A stretch of 57,521 nucleotides of DNA from Gracilinanus agilis. Taxonomy: Eukaryota. Of the stretch, positions 54,807 through 57,521 are shown in pieces. The stretch is from NCBI RefSeq assembly GCF_016433145.1, contig NC_058134.1, positions 308,312,621 through 308,370,141 of the forward strand. The letters are read 5' to 3'. The notes beneath the pieces were generated by a model, which worked only from the letters and a program-made list of their open reading frames with translations, ran no database searches and had not been told where the DNA came from. Position numbers and translations under genes: made by a program. The stretch's first letter is position 1. Each line of letters begins with the position of its first letter.

Positions 54807-56755
54807 CCCAGGCTGCTCTGTCATTGGCTGGATTGGACTGGAGGGTGCTGACCCCTAGGAACCCCTTTGGAGTCCCCACAACTGTCTGTCAGAGGGAGCC
54901 TCCCTCCCAGGGCTGCTCTCTGGATCGGCTTGGGGCTGGCCAGCCCGAGGGATGTACCAATAGAAAGTTCTTGGCACTGTCAGATCCTGTGTTCTTTGGT
55001 GGCTGTCTTGTTTCAGGTGTCATTTAAAACATGTCATGGCTGGAGGAGAGAGTCAACCAGAGGACTGTGACCCCTTTAGGTCTGGTCCCAGAGGCCTAAC
55101 CCCCAATGCAGTGAGATAAATGTGAGATGGGAGCCCCCCAAGGCAGAAGCACAGCCCCAGAGATACCCAGCCCTGCACCGAAGGGCCCATTGCCACAGCC
55201 TGGCCTCTGCTGGAAAGGCTCCTGGGAGGCAGAATTCCTTCCTCCCAGGGCAGTTCCTTCCTCTGGGGGAAGAAGCTTCTCTTGACCTCCATCCTCCCAA
55301 AACCTGCCTCTCTGCCCTTGGGCTCCTCCTCCTCCTCACAGTCACATTGCAAAGACACAGTGCCCTTTTACAGGTGAAGAAACTGAGGCTGGAGAGGGAA
55401 GCATGACAAGAAAAGGCTTGGTCCAGCACTCTCTCTGCCGTCCACGGTGTGACTGAGTACATCATGGGACCAGACCTGGGGCTCGAGGCACAGTCTTCCT
55501 GTTGCTGAGCTTCCTGACTCTTGGTTTGAGGGTGGTCGTTGGCTTGGGGGGCTTATGGACAGCTTCGTGTCGAGGTTTTGAAAGGTGCCTGTGATCTTGC
55601 AAGCCCAGTGGGCCTGCCTCCTCCTTGCCTTGCAAATGCTGTGTTTCTTGATTGATTCTATTCCTCTCACTTATGTGGACTTGAGATTGGCCGGCCTCGA
55701 GAGGAGCTAAAAATGTAGCCTTTGGGGTTGGGGTTGGGGTTAGAACTTCATTCAGAGGGAGCCATTCGCCCCTGCCAGGTGGCTTTCTTTGGTCAGAGAA
55801 TCATGACATTATGGGGCCTGAGCATCCTCAGGCCAGGAAATAGGATCTTGAGGAACTGACCTCAGCACCCCAAGGGCAGCGAGGATGTCCCCAGAGCATT
55901 TGAGGTGGCCACCAGAGGACGGGCCTCTTGGCAGGCTGCACTAGCAGAGCCTTTTGGAGTGAGAGTCACCCTGTGTCACAGCGAGGGATGGGAGAAGAGC
56001 CTCTCCAACAGCTCTGAGAAAGCCTCGTCCCACACGGGGGCGGGGGGGGGGGGCTCCTTTTGTCCATGCTGTCCACACGCTTACCGTACTTCCAGGCCCC
56101 CCTCCAAGCACACATTCAGGCACCAAGATTTAACCTAAATGGTAGCCCGTTCATCAGAGGGCATGCAGGAGGCCAGGCCTGCCTTCCCCCCAAGCTCTGT
56201 GGGTCCCCTGAGCCCCACAGATGAGCAGGGACTCTGGTCACTGGCCACCAAGGGACAGGGTCGGTATCCTCTCTGGGTTTCTCCGAGCCCTGTGGCCAGC
56301 CTCAGCTCCACCAGCCAACGTGGACTTCAAAAGGGCCACAAGCCTCGGGGACGGCTTTTGTGAAAAGAGCCTCTGGCTCGGAGACAGCCCCCTCTACCCC
56401 CCACCCCCCACCCCCACCACTTGGAAGAAAGGCAAACGCACCACCCAGTATAGACTGGGGAACAATGAAAAATAAGGCACTACTGTGGAGAAGATGTTCC
56501 TAGAACAGGGGATGTCAGAGCTGGGAGGGCCGCAGAAACTATCGAGACTTCCTCCCATTCATTTGACCCGGAGGGAGCTACCTTGCCCAAGGCAGAGCTG
56601 GCCTTGGGTTCCACACCCCTGCCCGTGTGGTGCCCTCCGCTCCAGCGGCTTAGCCCTAGTGGCCCTTCAGGCCTGGGCTCATAGTTATTTCAGATGCTCA
56701 GCCCAATGGAGATTCACTTTGGCCCTGACCCTTCAATGACCAGGACCAGGACCAA

Positions 56756-57052
56756 GGCAGCCAGGCTTCCATGAGTATGAGGAGAGAAAGAAGGCTGGGG
56801 TGAAGAGTGGGCAGATGCTCAACAACAGAGCAGGGCCCCTAGGAAAAAGGGGTCAAGATGCCCTCAAAGGACAAGCCCAGCAGGAGATTCTGTTGGGCCT
56901 GCTGGCTGCGTCCAACAGTTTCCATTGGCTTTTCTCTTTGTTTCTAGTACTCTGGACCCCTTTTTCCTAGGGGCCCTGCTCTGTTGTTGAGCATCTGCCC
57001 ACTATTCACCCAGCATTCTTTCTCTCCTCATACTCATGGAAGCCTGGCTGCC
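56756..57052. repeat. Inverted repeat: arms 56756-56854 and 56955-57052, spacer 100 bp
   Basis: Arms differ by 2 substitutions and 1 indel, with perfect blocks of 49 and 37 bp. Confidence 0.95.
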
Positions 57053-57521
57053 CCATCTTTCATGCCGCCCCCCTGTGCCTTGGGGAAAGATGAGGACTGG
57101 CGTCCACCCCCTGCTTCTACCAGACCTTACCTGCTCTACCCACCATCAACCTCCCAGTCCTGATCCTCAAGACCTTCTGCCCTTTCCTGGAGGCTCTTTG
57201 GCTCCTGCACCCATCTTCACTCTGCATCAACCCCTTGCAGGAGTAATCATGCCACATTGTTCCCACGACTCATTATGTACTTAGAATGGGCGAGTCTGGG
57301 CCTTCTTTCCCTCTTATCCATCAAATTGTGTGTTTGTAATTCAGGGAGGTGCCATTTAAAAGTATCTTACAAACTTCCTGTGGACAGGTGGGGTGAGACT
57401 ACATTCCCCGTGATCCAGTGAGTTTCCTGTTAAACGTGAGACAATGGGAACCATCGTATAGGGCAGCTTAAATTCGGAGGGCGGCCTTGAGATGCTCTTT
57501 TTGCTACCTGAGCAGGCTCGG

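Noticed and set aside
55790-55910. Minus-strand peptide LKCSGDIL resembling a BH3 motif, where BIK is expected by synteny
   Set aside because: Flanks do not resemble BIK, there are stops close on both sides, and there is little room for downstream exons before MCAT. No BIK exon could be supported in this window.
1-57521. tRNA-like A/B boxes; tandem arrays as CRISPR-like
   Set aside because: Boxes belong to SINE heads, not tRNA genes; arrays have no unique spacers and the DNA is mammalian

Overview
Mammalian (marsupial) genomic DNA. SINE1_Mdo-like, Mar1-like and L1_Mdo-like repeats point to a didelphid opossum (inference). It carries the therian TTLL12(+) / TSPO(-) / MCAT(+) cluster, syntenic with human 22q13.2. 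All three genes reconstruct by hand with GT-AG introns and unbroken frames: TTLL12 14 coding exons, 633 aa; TSPO 3 coding exons, 167 aa; MCAT 4 exons, 391 aa. Bases 1-6.6 kb are a stack of nested transposons: an old L1 split by two solo LTRs, an internal L1 fragment and a hAT MITE. There is a 211-nt N gap in the TTLL12 3' UTR. I found no evidence for a new multi-gene system, and most six-frame ORFs are GC-rich noise. The most unusual signals are: (1) an inverted, degenerate copy of TTLL12 exon 2 in intron 1 that could base-pair with exon 2 in the pre-mRNA; (2) a near-perfect 98-bp inverted repeat downstream of MCAT; (3) a steep GC/CpG shift inside TTLL12, seen in both codons and paired L1 copies; (4) a ~100-bp L1 with TSD and preserved CpGs in the MCAT promoter; (5) a CpG-rich 20-mer minisatellite in the TSPO 3' UTR between two poly(A) signals. 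All counts were made by hand. Repeat family names come from recall, not a database search, and TE ends without a TSD are approximate.
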